A DNA stretch of 64,000 nucleotides, taken from contig JBITNC010000002.1 of the NCBI GenBank assembly GCA_050084985.1, positions 3,472,001-3,536,000 of the forward strand, in the 5' to 3' direction. Under the pieces are notes generated by a model that was not told the origin of the DNA, made no database searches, and worked only from the letters and a program-made list of their open reading frames with translations. Positions 40,013 to 52,499 of this stretch are shown one piece after another. Every line of letters begins with the position of its first letter. The first letter of the stretch is position 1. The position numbers were made by a program, and so were the translations under genes. Source of the DNA: Nageia nagi (lineage: Eukaryota > Plantae > Pinophyta).

Positions 40013-42146
40013 TTAATAACAATGGCGTCGTCTTCTGCAGGGCAAGGGCCCTGAGTGCTTTGTGAGAGTTTTGACAAGAGATGCGGATATCGGCTCCACA
40101 CCAGATGCCTCAGCATATGCAGACGGTGTAGTTGATCCTGACGAGGTAAAAAATGCTCCATTCAGCAGCATATCCCCTTGGGATCTCCAGTTCCAATGCT
40201 TCCATTCATCGAGGTTTCCATTCTCCCGTTTTGTCACCTAGAAAAGCCCAACACGTTTTGAGTTGCATTACAAAACAACTGCTCTGGCTCAAAGTTGTGA
40301 AGAATAGATATGTTTACCTGCTTGGCATTGTTGTTATTGGGAGCCAGGTACCGATTTCCCTGACTGTTGATGGTGGGGTTTGCACTGCCTCCTATGGCAT
40401 ACATAATCCAGTGGGTGTAGTCGTTATTCACCACATGAAAGTAACCATGCCGGCACCTGCATTAACCCACACTATGATTAGATACTTCAATTTTCTCTTT
40501 AGATTGCATAAAATATCGTTGGCAGTGAAGTTTGGGTATTATCATCTTCATAATCATAGGTTAAAAAAACTGATTCAGTAATTAATTGTTTGGATCAATT
40601 CGAAGATTAATAGTTAATTTGGTATTATGTTATAAAAAAATCATAATTATGTAATTTAAAAAAATATGAAAAAAATTAATTTCAAATAAAATAGATAAGA
40701 TATATGAAGATAACTTATAATTTTATAATTCTAGAGTCTACAATCAATCATAAACTGCAATTTACTTAAGAAATATGTAACAAAATCATATTTTACATAT
40801 AAATTCAGCAAGTTTCTATTAATCTACCTTAAATAAGATTATTGCCAATTAACTGAATATAATTAAACCTTCCAAAAATCAATAAACATACAAAAAAATA
40901 TAGAATATTCTATCTATACCATTGTTTATCCGATTTTCCCTTAATAATCGAATTTCTTGGTGGGTCGCCCAATTTTCCCATTAATAGCCAAATTTTTGAA
41001 CTATGTTCATAATAACCTCCTCTTCCCCAAGAGTACTGATATTCCAATGACATTATCATACCTTGGCATTCTTTGCACAAGACCTCTTCCAAAGTGGTTG
41101 AAGGCAATCGTGACTCGCATGTTTTTGTCGGCTGTGTAAGCATCGCTGTGACCTAAAAGCATCACCTGCATTTCAATTTTAAGTTAGATAGAATCAAAAA
41201 GTATATTAAGAGTTTACAGGAGATCACTCCATCTATGAGAAGAATAATTGTAATAGATCATTACATTGTATATATGTATCCTAGTGAGAATCGAATAAAG
41301 GACACAGATCGCAACAACCAGATAGCAGCAAAAACCTACTCAACCATGAAATGAAAAAAATGTAATGTTATTAATGTTATGAACCTCGTTGTGGTTGGCA
41401 AAGTGATTGTTGGATATTGTGATGTATGTGGATCCCATGATGGCGTCGATAAGGCCGTCCGCACATTTGGTGAGAGAGCAATGATCCACCCAGATATGGC
41501 TTGCTGCAAACATGGAGATGCCATCTCCGTCACACATAGTTCTATATCCGACGTGGGTAGGGGAGTCTCTCACCATGGCATTCCCTGCAGGCCTACAGTG
41601 GTGAATGTGGATTCCATGGATTATGATGTTGGTGACGTTCTGGATTGTGATGCAGGGTCCATATGCAATATGGACATTGTAGCCGCGTCCATCGATGGTC
41701 TTGAAGCTGTTCATAATCAACTCCTCCTTCAGCTGGATCACCATGCTTCTGTTGAACACGATCCAGAGCGGCCTTGCTTGGATGACTGCATGGCGAAGGG
41801 TACCGGGCACAGGATCCACAGGATTATCGTTGTTAGGATCGGTAACCCGGTAAAATCTTCCGTTCTTTCCTCCAATGGCATCTTTGCCGAAGCCAACAGC
41901 GCAGTCGGCGAGTCTCTTTCTCTGCCGTCTCCATTTGTGATCACACCGCCAGCAGTCGTCGATTGGGTTGCCTGTAAGGCACGAGCGGGGCCTGAGTTGT
42001 CTTCTCATGGTGCCGTTCATGACAGACATATTAACCATATCGGCTACAAGATCCGGATCAACATTCTGAACACCAGATGTTAAATGGGCCATGCAGAGCA
42101 CAGCCACCAAAAGCAACATACAGCTCAAAAAACTACCACAACCCAT
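40013..42146 (-). CDS. Pectate lyase (polysaccharide lyase family 1), secreted; PL-B, 409 aa
   Basis: Exons 42146-41385, 41165-41062, 40456-40318 and 40237-40013 total 1230 nt, in frame to TAA. Introns of 219, 605 and 80 bp are GT..AG. The ATG at 42146 opens a signal peptide ([25 protein letters not shown]); the ORF-track start at 42191 is a GTG. Same PL1 motifs: [39 protein letters not shown]. Confidence 0.95.
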
Positions 42147-42255
42147 CTTTAGCCTAAGGAGGAACAAAGCAGACGCAGAGAAAGAGATCACAACACTCTA
42201 ATATGCTCTATACCCAAAACAAAGCTCGACCTCTTGGACTGCCCTAATGGGTCTT

Positions 42256-42265
42256 TCTTATAGCC
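42256..42265 (-). promoter_or_regulatory. Putative TATA box of PL-B (GGCTATAAGA)
   Basis: Same 10-mer as upstream of PL-A, at nearly the same spacing from the ATG. Confidence 0.6.
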
Positions 42266-45200
42266 CAAAAATAGGCTAGCTTAATGGAATTTGTGCCAAG
42301 AGATGGTCACTACACAAGTGTAATCCGCGTAGATATCAAATAGGATGAGCATGAAAAACAACTTATACTTTGGGATGTGTGGTTCACATGTTTCTTTTGG
42401 ATTAATGGCAAGTATTGGGCTCTAATCCAGGATCAAACTACTGTGTAAGTCTTCTAATACAGATAATTACACTACACACTATGTTAAACCTTCTGGGTCA
42501 TACCGCCTGCATGGTAACTTGATTTGCGGGTGTGAACTCCATTTCAACAATGGTCTGGCTGGTAATAAAGACTATTAACTACACACAATTTGAATCCTTT
42601 CTGAATCCCCGGGAATGAATGCTTCACGACTTCTTAGGGCACAAGCCACATCAACGTTGACAAACTCACTCCTAGCTATAAGGGTGAAACATGGATGGTA
42701 TATTTAAGGTATTTCTAGTGATTGAAAAAACCTAGGCATAAGAGGGACAGTCAAACATATTTAAATTTTGAGCGAAATTGTGGAAGTTGCACAGATTGGG
42801 ATGCCAAAGGGACGGTTCAAGGAGGCAAGAGAAACTGCATTTGACCCATCTAGTAAATTTCAGTTCTGCCAAATCACTTCTTTATATGGAAAAAGCTTTC
42901 TCCCCCATGCGAGTAGCTTGTGGAGTACCAGCTGTTATTAACCATTGGGATTGCAACTCATATGGGAAGGAAGAACTAAAATTGCATTCAAATTTGGTTA
43001 CCAAAATTTATGAAGGTTTAAATGTAATTTCTTCGAAATCTTTTCCATGTGAGACGTTTATGTTCACATTTAAATTTAAGTTTACTAAATTGGATTTATT
43101 TAAAAAAATCTAATTACTTTGATTTCAGAAGGTGATCAATAGTTAATTATACAAATGAAGTGTGATTAACTAAATTCAACATGTGAAATATCTATGAGTG
43201 GAACAATAATAATCTAAATGTTTATTTGATATTAAAATTTAATATGTAAATAATTTGTAAGTAATGTAAAAATGAATCAAAGATTTTTTTTCTATTTATG
43301 TTCAATATTTTTTAGTTTTAAGATGTATATATAAATATAAGTGTATTTTATAAAATAGAATAATTATGTTTGACATTTTAGTGTAATGATAGTGTTATAA
43401 GAGATCTTTTTAATAACTATGTTAAAATATTAAGATTAAGTCTTGTTATTTGGTTAGAGTCAATTAACTAATGTAAGAAGTTTGAAGGGAAAATTCTAGA
43501 AAGTAAGTTTCATCAAATTAAAACTATTTATCTAGAAAGGGTGATATGCATAATAAGTTGATGCAAATGGTGCAAGAGTTCTTGAATTGTAAGGGTATAA
43601 TCCATGTAGAAATTTTTGTAGTATAATTGATATAAACAAATGATCTATGCAAGTTTGATGATAGATTAGAGTAGGTCACTTCTAAAAGATATAATTTATA
43701 AAAATAGTTCTATTTTACTATTGAATATAAATTAGAAGGTTTGTTTCAGAAAATTTTAAGAAATTCAATAGTATAATGAATATGTAAATGTATAGATTAG
43801 TATAGTTATAGGTTCTAAAGAGGTTATATTTTGAATCTTATAACCTTAAAATTGTAAATATAGGAAATATTTTTCAAGGAAAATATAAGTACAAATAAAT
43901 TATAATTCATATAGGCCACATGATTTTATATTGCACTCTAATATTGATTTTGTAAAATGTGAGATTCAATACACTTTGAATAATAAATGTGTTAGTTGGA
44001 ATCAAGATTATTTAATGGTTGCCTTCTAGCTTATTTAGTTATCTTACATTTTTATGTATATAAGAAAGAGATAAGGCGCAAAAAGCATAAGTATTTAATA
44101 TGGAATGCTTGGATGAGTAATTTCGAATCAAGAATGATCTAGATAATTAAATATATTATGCTATAAATTTAAATATGTAAGTATGCAGTGATTAAGGATT
44201 TATAAAACAATAGGATTCAAGAGTAAAAGGGAGAAAAGAGATCCTAAAATGATCTACTATGAAAATAAAGGTTTTGGAGCTATTTAGTCTATTTATATTA
44301 GTGTATTATTCATATGTACAAATAATACGATCTATACATCCAATAGAAGTAGGATGAGGTAAGAACTAATCTTTAACTAAGGTTATGATTTCAACACAAG
44401 TAAAATTCCAAGATTCCTTTAATATAAAAAATAGAATCAATAATTATAGTTAACTAACACAAAAATTAGTATAATAAATCTTATAACAAATACTATAGGA
44501 TGCATAATGTATTATACCTTCTTAATGATGAAAGTAGAGTCATAATCATCATAGATATGGTCTTCTTACAAAAGTGATAATATTTTCTTTTGATTCAAGA
44601 TGAACATATTCCAAATTATTATAAGGTTATTTTTTATTCAAATTGACATTTTGAATTCATTTAAATTAAAATGTTTCAAAAGTATATTTTGATTACTTTA
44701 TGTCATATTAGTCTTTTCCAACTTTTTAACACTTTTGCAAACCACCAATATGACTACGATGAAAAAGTTATGACTTGTCAAAGTTTGAAAAGAAAATTGA
44801 AGGGTAATAAAATACTATCCATATTGGTGGGGACTTGATGTTGATTCAGGATCTACTTGGCAATCTAATTGCTATGTCATCATAAGTCAAAGGTCAATGA
44901 TGGTATGTAGGAGGTGATGTTAATAAACAAGTAGATATAATGCAACGCATGGAGGTATCCATAGAAGGTCAAAATTTGTATCCATGTGGTTGACCTATTA
45001 GTTGAAGATCAATTATCTACCATTAATTAATCCACCAAAGGATCATGTGGTAAACTGGAATCCACCATGTGGCATCACCTAGAGGATGTCTACCCTACAC
45101 ACATAATTAGTGGTATTTGATTTATTTTATCATCAACCTAAAAATATATTATATGGTGTGTGTGTGTGTATGTATGATTCAAACTATAATCATAAGGAAA

Positions 45201-48200
45201 ATGAAATCGTAACTTATTTATTTGTATTTTTGTACCCCTTCAAAACTATAAAAAGAGGATAGAGGAGATGTGAGAAACATTGGAGGAAGTTATGATCCAT
45301 TGATTTGTTTGTGCAGGTAAGTAAAATTAGAGGAGGGAAGAGAGCCACTCCACATTAGTTATTATTATTAATCCAAGAGAGATTCATAATATTATTTTAA
45401 AATTCATTGAAATATTTTTTAATCTTTATTATGGATATTTCGTAAGATCTCCATCATGTACTTGGAAGAAAGATTGTTGCTTATTTGGAGAGCACATGTT
45501 GGTATTTTATCATCACCCATTGTATTCCATTAGAATCGACTTCATTATCAATACCATCATATCAATATTTTTATGCCTATATCATTTTTTAATAGTTCAA
45601 TGAGCATTATTCTCATCTTGATATTTTAATAAATATTTATAATTTCATATTCATTGATATTTCTTTCATATATTATCATTGTGATACCAATAATTATTAT
45701 TCAATAATATCTATTCATACCAATCTCAATAGTAACTAATATTTATCGTTAATGATATCATCTATCATCGATGACAAAAGAAGGCTAATACTCTATCAAT
45801 AATTATAGATAATCAACTTGTAAATTGTTAAATCTCCCTTATAATTATCTTATGATGCATTATTATATTATATTAATATTATAACTAGAATAATTAAGAT
45901 TCAAGTTTAAGCCTAATAGTATAATCGTTCTTATTGTTAATATAAACTTTATGATAGATTAAGAATTTTATCCTTATATTCTACTAGGATACATATTTTT
46001 TAGAATTATTTTTATGATTTGTAATAAATCCTTATCAATTTCATCATTTCATTATTTTAGAATCTAAAGAGATTTCCTACATAAATAATTATTCATATGC
46101 TTATAATGTCCAACTCTTTTAATATCAAAATAGTTCCTTGGTAAGATTAATGAACTCTCAAATAGGCCAGAAGAAGCATAAACACATACTCAAGAGCTGA
46201 ATAATATACCCAAGATCTTAACTTTGCATTATCCAAGTAACAAGGAAAAACTAACAAAAAAATTTAGAGAAAATATCAATCTATCTCATACATAAGTAAG
46301 CTTTTGAATGCTAGAAAAAAATACTTACTATTACAATAAGCTATTGTATGTATTTTGATAGAATACCATACTCTCCAACACTCATATGCACACCTATTCA
46401 TAACTAACCTCTCATATAGCTACATTGTTCACACAATACGTTCTTGAGTTTTCAATCCAATACATTCTTAATATTATATAGATTTCCTAAGCTACTACTA
46501 GAAAACATAGAAATCAACCTAGCATTAATATTTTGGTTAAAAATCAAAGACACAAAGTTAAACAACCTAACAAACCACACCAAACTATTCAAACATGCTA
46601 AAAAATACTAAATACTTGAAACTACCAAAATCCATCCCCATTATATGAGAACCCTCAAATCAATAAAGCTAAAATATGGGTACTATGAATTTAGAAGGAA
46701 AATCCAACATTCTCCCTCTTGATGTTGAAAGGAATTCATTCTAGGAGTTCAAAAGCATCATAATCTCAATAATTTATCTTTATATATACTTCTTCCATGG
46801 GGGTCACTAAGTAGAAAACCTTCAAAATATGTATGAAAATGGGCTTCTTAAAAAATCCCCTATTTTCAAAAATTTTTACCTTCCCTTTAAATTTATTAAA
46901 CCCTTATTTTTAAAATTTACCACCTCACCCCTAACACCCCACCCTCAACTATGCACCCCTTATCCCTCCCCACCAACCCACCTCCTTTTTTTAAATACCC
47001 CTACACACTCCCCTTATAAAATACTTATCGATATATTGCTAGTTGAATTAGATATTAAAATACCTCTTGTATTTTTGCATGTGGTATTTATCATTTTCTA
47101 GCAATGAACCCCTCGTGGCTTCTTCCATTTCTAAATTAGAAAATTCAAAACTAAAAAAAAATTTTGGTATTGTCACTCCTTCCACTCTTTATATGGGTTG
47201 TCCTCTATTAATTTTCCTTCTTCCTACAAATACGTGCATTGAGTTCCTTTTGGTGATCAACTCCCCCTCTATAAAATAACTCTTCTATTAACATTCCAAT
47301 AATGTCAAAGGTATTGGTTCTCATCAACAAATATTACACATGATCATCATTTACATTTTCAAACCATAATTTAAAATCATTAATCCATATACTACTTGGA
47401 AAGTATTTACTGAGACTAATCATATCACATGGATGGTTATACCATACAACTATCTCAACACACATAATCACATAAAACATATTCATGAAATGACTAATTA
47501 CATATGTAATCTTATACAAGTCATCACTCTTTACTATTGTTGTACATTCTTCCTTCTAAAAGAATTTAAACACATCACATTTATCTTCACTTGAGTTCAT
47601 GTGACCTAAGTTACCCATCATTATCTTCAACATAAGAAAAGATTACTTCAATTTTATCTTCATAAGACAATATTCAAAATTGCATTATTTACAATTGATG
47701 TCTTTGTAAGATATTCTCCACTTCTCTCATACATAAAAAAAAAAGTTTCAAAACTATCCACAAAATATCTTCTCATAAAAATTTTAGTAAATAAATCAAA
47801 TAACAGGAATTAATCACCTCCAATGATGATTTGATGAGCATATATCCATATGCCTTCCTTTATGTCTTTTGTGCTTCCCATGAAGTCATATTGATACAAA
47901 TTTGATTATACTTTTGAAGCAATCATTAACTCTTTAACAACAGTTCTCCTCCTTTATTTTTGTTCACATAATGTTACCTCTACAAGATAACCCACGATCT
48001 TCATTGTAGTCACTCCAAATGAGTAATCTCCATCATTATCCATTATTGATATTTTCATTATCATTATAACATGAAAATTATCAATTTTATTTTTATTTTC
48101 TATCTCATTTCCTATATCATTTAGGAGATAGTATTTTATATTTTCTTTTAAAAAAAAATAGTCCTCACTCTTGGTGAGTGATCCTCAAACATAAAGTTGA

Positions 48201-48840
48201 TATATTTCATCTCTCCTTCATTCACAACTTCTATTGGATAAAAATACCAAAAAAAATTTGACTTCTCAAGATAATTATTATTCACTCCAGGTGAGTAAGC
48301 TTACAAATATAATTTATCACAATACTCATCCACTCCATGTAGATGGTCTTCAAATAAACAAAACTTCATTGTGAGTGTTTTTCCTTCATCTTCTACACTA
48401 AAAAATTTCTTTTCCAAAACATAAATCTTTCATTCCTAATGAATGATTTTCAACATAAGTAAGCCAACATTATTCCATGAAAAATGTTACTTCTTCATGT
48501 TATTCTTACATAATTACACTCTAAAGGGTTCAATCCTGAATGTAAGTGTATATACCTTATCCTTCTCTCAAGATTCTTATGTATATATGTTCTTATACCT
48601 TAGTCTTGCTTTAAGGTATTTTCGAGTTATGTTCATATTATCGAGTCATAATCAACCACCATTTTGTTATAAGGTGGGTGTTGTTTATACATAGTCATAA
48701 GAGTCATTTCTAGGATATATGTATAATTCATAGGCTAAAGAATGTCCATTTTGTAATATCAGGTAAGTCATTTCCAGGATTTATCTAGAGTCATAGTCTG
48801 GGTCTTATTTTCAGGTATTATAATATACAGTTTATTTTCT

Positions 48841-48952
48841 AAGTCATTCCTAGGAAGTATTGTATAGATTTTGTGTATTTGTTTAAGTCATTCTCAAAAA
48901 GTATTGTATAGAATTTGTGTATTTTTCTAAGTCATTCCTAGGAAGTATTAGA
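48841..48952. repeat. 44-bp tandem repeat (~2.5 copies)
   Basis: AAGTCATTC units at 48841, 48885 and 48929. Confidence 0.85.
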
Positions 48953-49312
48953 TATATAGTTTATTGGTTCATTTAAGTTATTTTTGGGCTCTATTTCAAG
49001 TCTAGTTACTTATGTTTTGGTTTGATATAGTTTGGGTGTTATTTTTAGGCCTTGTTGTACATGATAGATAGGTTAAGTCTAGTATGGGCCTTGTTGCGAG
49101 TCAAATTGCTTATGTTTTGGACTAGCAAAGTTTGAGCATTATTTATCAACCTTGTATATAAGTGTTAAGTTTTAATTCATGTATCAAGCATTTCATAAGA
49201 TTCAAGTTAAGTAGACCCATGAAAATCTAATGGTGATGTCATACTTTTAAGGGGAAATCAGCAGGCTTCATATTCCTTAGTCAATGGGACATCCTAATAG
49301 TTCATAATGGCA

Positions 49313-49555
49313 GGAGATGTTCATAACTCTATATTAAATAGATCCCACCAATTTTGAGCAATGATATCACATTTTTTAGGAGAAATAAAAGGGAGATATT
49401 CATAACTCTATATTCAACAAAACCCATCAATTTTTAGTGATGATTATATTTTTTGGTAGAAATCGATAAGAGATATTCACAACACCATGATCAATAGACC
49501 CCACCAATTTTAAGCAATGACTTCACACTTTTCAAGAGAAATCAATGGGTGATAA
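49313..49555. repeat. ~78-bp diverged tandem repeat (3 copies)
   Basis: GAGAT(A/G)TTCA(T/C)AAC units at 49314, 49393 and 49470. Confidence 0.8.
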
Positions 49556-51306
49556 TTTCCATAGATATTAAACAATACCTATCGATGTGTAATAAGACCC
49601 GCTAGGATCAAGTAAATACTATAACAAGAGAGTAACACTCAGGTCCACTTAATCAAGAGTGGAGACCCTCGAGACTCTACCAATGTATCAAATGTAACTC
49701 ATTTCCACATAGCAGAAGTAGTTCACTCTCAGGTTTGAATGGGTATATCTTCCTTCACCCTTAGAGTGATAAGCATAGGAGCTATAGAATAGAAATATTT
49801 AATGGTTGCATAGAGTTAGGTGGTCACCAAATACAAATATAGCTTGATTGTACTACAAAAAGTGGTGGACCATACCTCTTAAATGCAAGAATAGTTCCAG
49901 ATTCACCATGTTCAAGATATAGAGATGGCCTATTACGGTTAGACAAATACGAGATTAATGATCTATAGATTCTAAGAAGTGATACTGCATCTAAACCATA
50001 CTTCTTAATTGGTTGTAGTTGTAAAACTTTTGTAGATACTATAAATATTTAAGTTTATGCTACTCTTATTCATATAGGTAGTTATAGTCATTAATGGTAG
50101 ACAACCACTAATTTTGTGTAGGAAACACTATAAATAGTGGACTTTTTGAAGTTCATGAGGTCGAACATTTTAGAAAAGTTTCCCAATGTAAGCATTATTT
50201 TCATATATGGTAATGCAATACTATATTATTTTTCCCTTTGCATTCTATGGTTGTTATCTTATTTTGTAATTATTGTGTATGAAGCTTTATTCGAAGCTAT
50301 GGTTGTGTATTACGATTACAAGACCCTACGAGTGAGATAATTGATCTATTATTAGTCTTGGTTATGGATTAGTGCCTATGCAATGATGCCTAGGATAATT
50401 AGTTTAGTTTGCTTTCAATAGTTTAGGTTTTTATCTCTTTCCTATAATCTTGACCTCTTTTATCTCTTTCATGTTATTGTTGCCCCCTTTTTATCTCTTT
50501 ACTATTACTTTTGACCTTATTCATAGATAGAAATCAACCTATAAATCGAATATTGAGCAAAATAACCCATGAGCACACTATCCCACCACCTTCTTCTCAT
50601 TTAAGAACCCTATTGTTATTTAGCAGTACATAATCCTTATCAACACTTCATCAAAAACATTTGGGATAATGTGTATGCTTTATAAACATGACACACATAT
50701 AATTTCTTCTTTCTTTTTAGCAAAAATGAATTCATCAATGAACATATTATTCTTTTCTACATATTTTTCTATAATAAATAATTAATCATCAAAATAATAT
50801 GTGCCTCTTTCTCATAAGACATGTCTCCTGGAATAAGAACCGCATATGCTCTTCTCACAAATCTTTACAAATTTCTTCATAAGAAAAAATTCTTCAAAAA
50901 TACAAGGTTCCCCCTTAATGCTCATACAACCTTCTATATTATTATAAGAAATCTCACAAATATCCTTATTAGTGTTTTTATTACACCTATAAACATCATT
51001 CAGTATTTTCCATGCTACAAAAGTACTTAGTTTACAACTTAAAATTTGAGGTAAAATATTTATTTTTATGCCTTTTTTATATCTATTAGATCTAACCAAT
51101 TTCAATGATGTTGGTGCTCCTTCTTTACTCTTATTTCTTCTATTTCAAAAATGCTCCAATCTTTTGGTTATGAACACCCATCAACAACAATGTCTCAAAG
51201 TCCCTTTCCTATTAGTAAAATCTTCATTTTGATATTCCAAAAAATGCATTCTTCTCCATTAAATTCAAGAACATTCAAATATGCATACATGGTGTTGGCC
51301 ATCATA

Positions 51307-51309
<3 letters not shown>

Positions 51310-51373
<64 letters not shown>
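51310..51373. repeat. (AT)n microsatellite with one interruption
   Basis: Directly visible; lies just upstream of the gag start. Confidence 0.97.
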
Positions 51374-52499
51374 CATACAATGATTTTATAAATCTCTATA
51401 ATAATCCACAACCAAGATTTCAAATAATAAAACACAAATCCTTAGAACAACTTGCAACTTAGCTTTGATTACCACATGTAGAATCTAAAAAGATTGACTA
51501 TATAAATAATTATTCATATTATCATATTGTTCAACTCTATTAATTTCATAATAATCTTGGTAATATTAATTAACTCTCAAATAGATCAGCAAAAGCATAA
51601 ACACATACTCAAGAGCTAAATAATATACCTAAGATCTTAACTTGGCATTGTTGAAGTAATGAGGAAAAATTGATAATGAACCTTGGAGAAAATATCAATC
51701 TATCTCATAAATAAATAGATAATCTTTTTAATGCTTGAAATAATGCATTTTCTATTACAATAGGCTATTGCATGTATTTTTATATAATACCATACTCTCC
51801 AACACTCCTATGCACACTTATGAACATAAATATTCTTTCATAGATCTACATTATTCACACATTACATGCTTGAGTTTTCAATCCAATATATTCCCAATCT
51901 TATATATATTTCCAAAGCTACTATTAAACAATATATAAATCAATCTATCATTAATCCTATGTTTAAACATCAATGCCATGAAGATAAATAAACTAACAAA
52001 CCACACCAAACTATGCAAACATACCAAAAACTATTAAACACTACCAAAATTCATCCACGCAGCATGAGTGCCTTGTAATTAGACAAGTTACAACATGGGC
52101 ACCATGAGTCTAGGAGGAAACCCAATAATTATAAATAATTTTATATTATTTATGGAATACTTTCTACTTATTTTAGTTTACCTTTGTGTATTACTTTGAC
52201 CTTAAACTTATAATCCATATACTTGAGAATCTCCTCAAGATAACTTGTGATTTAAATAATTAATATCATAATAGTGTTTATACTTTTAGCATTAGTAGTA
52301 ATTATTATATATATTTGAAAATACAGTGTTATACTTAGTTTGGTATTATTGTATCCATGTACTTGTTAAGCTAGACCAATGATTGTTAATACCATTTAAG
52401 AATCAAACACTTTATTGGTAGTTTAAGATGTAGATGTTTAATGTTTATAATTTATCATAGCATTATAATTGTATATAAAATTATTTATTAGCATAATAC

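Larger units (their letters stand above)
46056..52127 (-). mobile_element. LTR element with Copia-type gag and no recognisable pol (non-autonomous, TR-GAG-like)
   Basis: LTRs 51477-52127 and 46056-46709, perfect TSD ATTAT (46051-46055, 52128-52132), PBS-like sequence at 51462-51474, PPT at 46710-46720. Gag start MANT..EFNGEECIFWNIKMKILLIGKGL. Confidence 0.85.

Noticed and set aside
42147-42191. 15-aa N-terminal extension of PL-B in the ORF track
   Set aside because: It starts at GTG. The first ATG (42146) gives a normal signal peptide and matches the TATA spacing of PL-A.
51151-51462. IY-repeat ORFs on both strands
   Set aside because: Translation of the (AT)n microsatellite. Only the minus-strand part after MMANT is gag.
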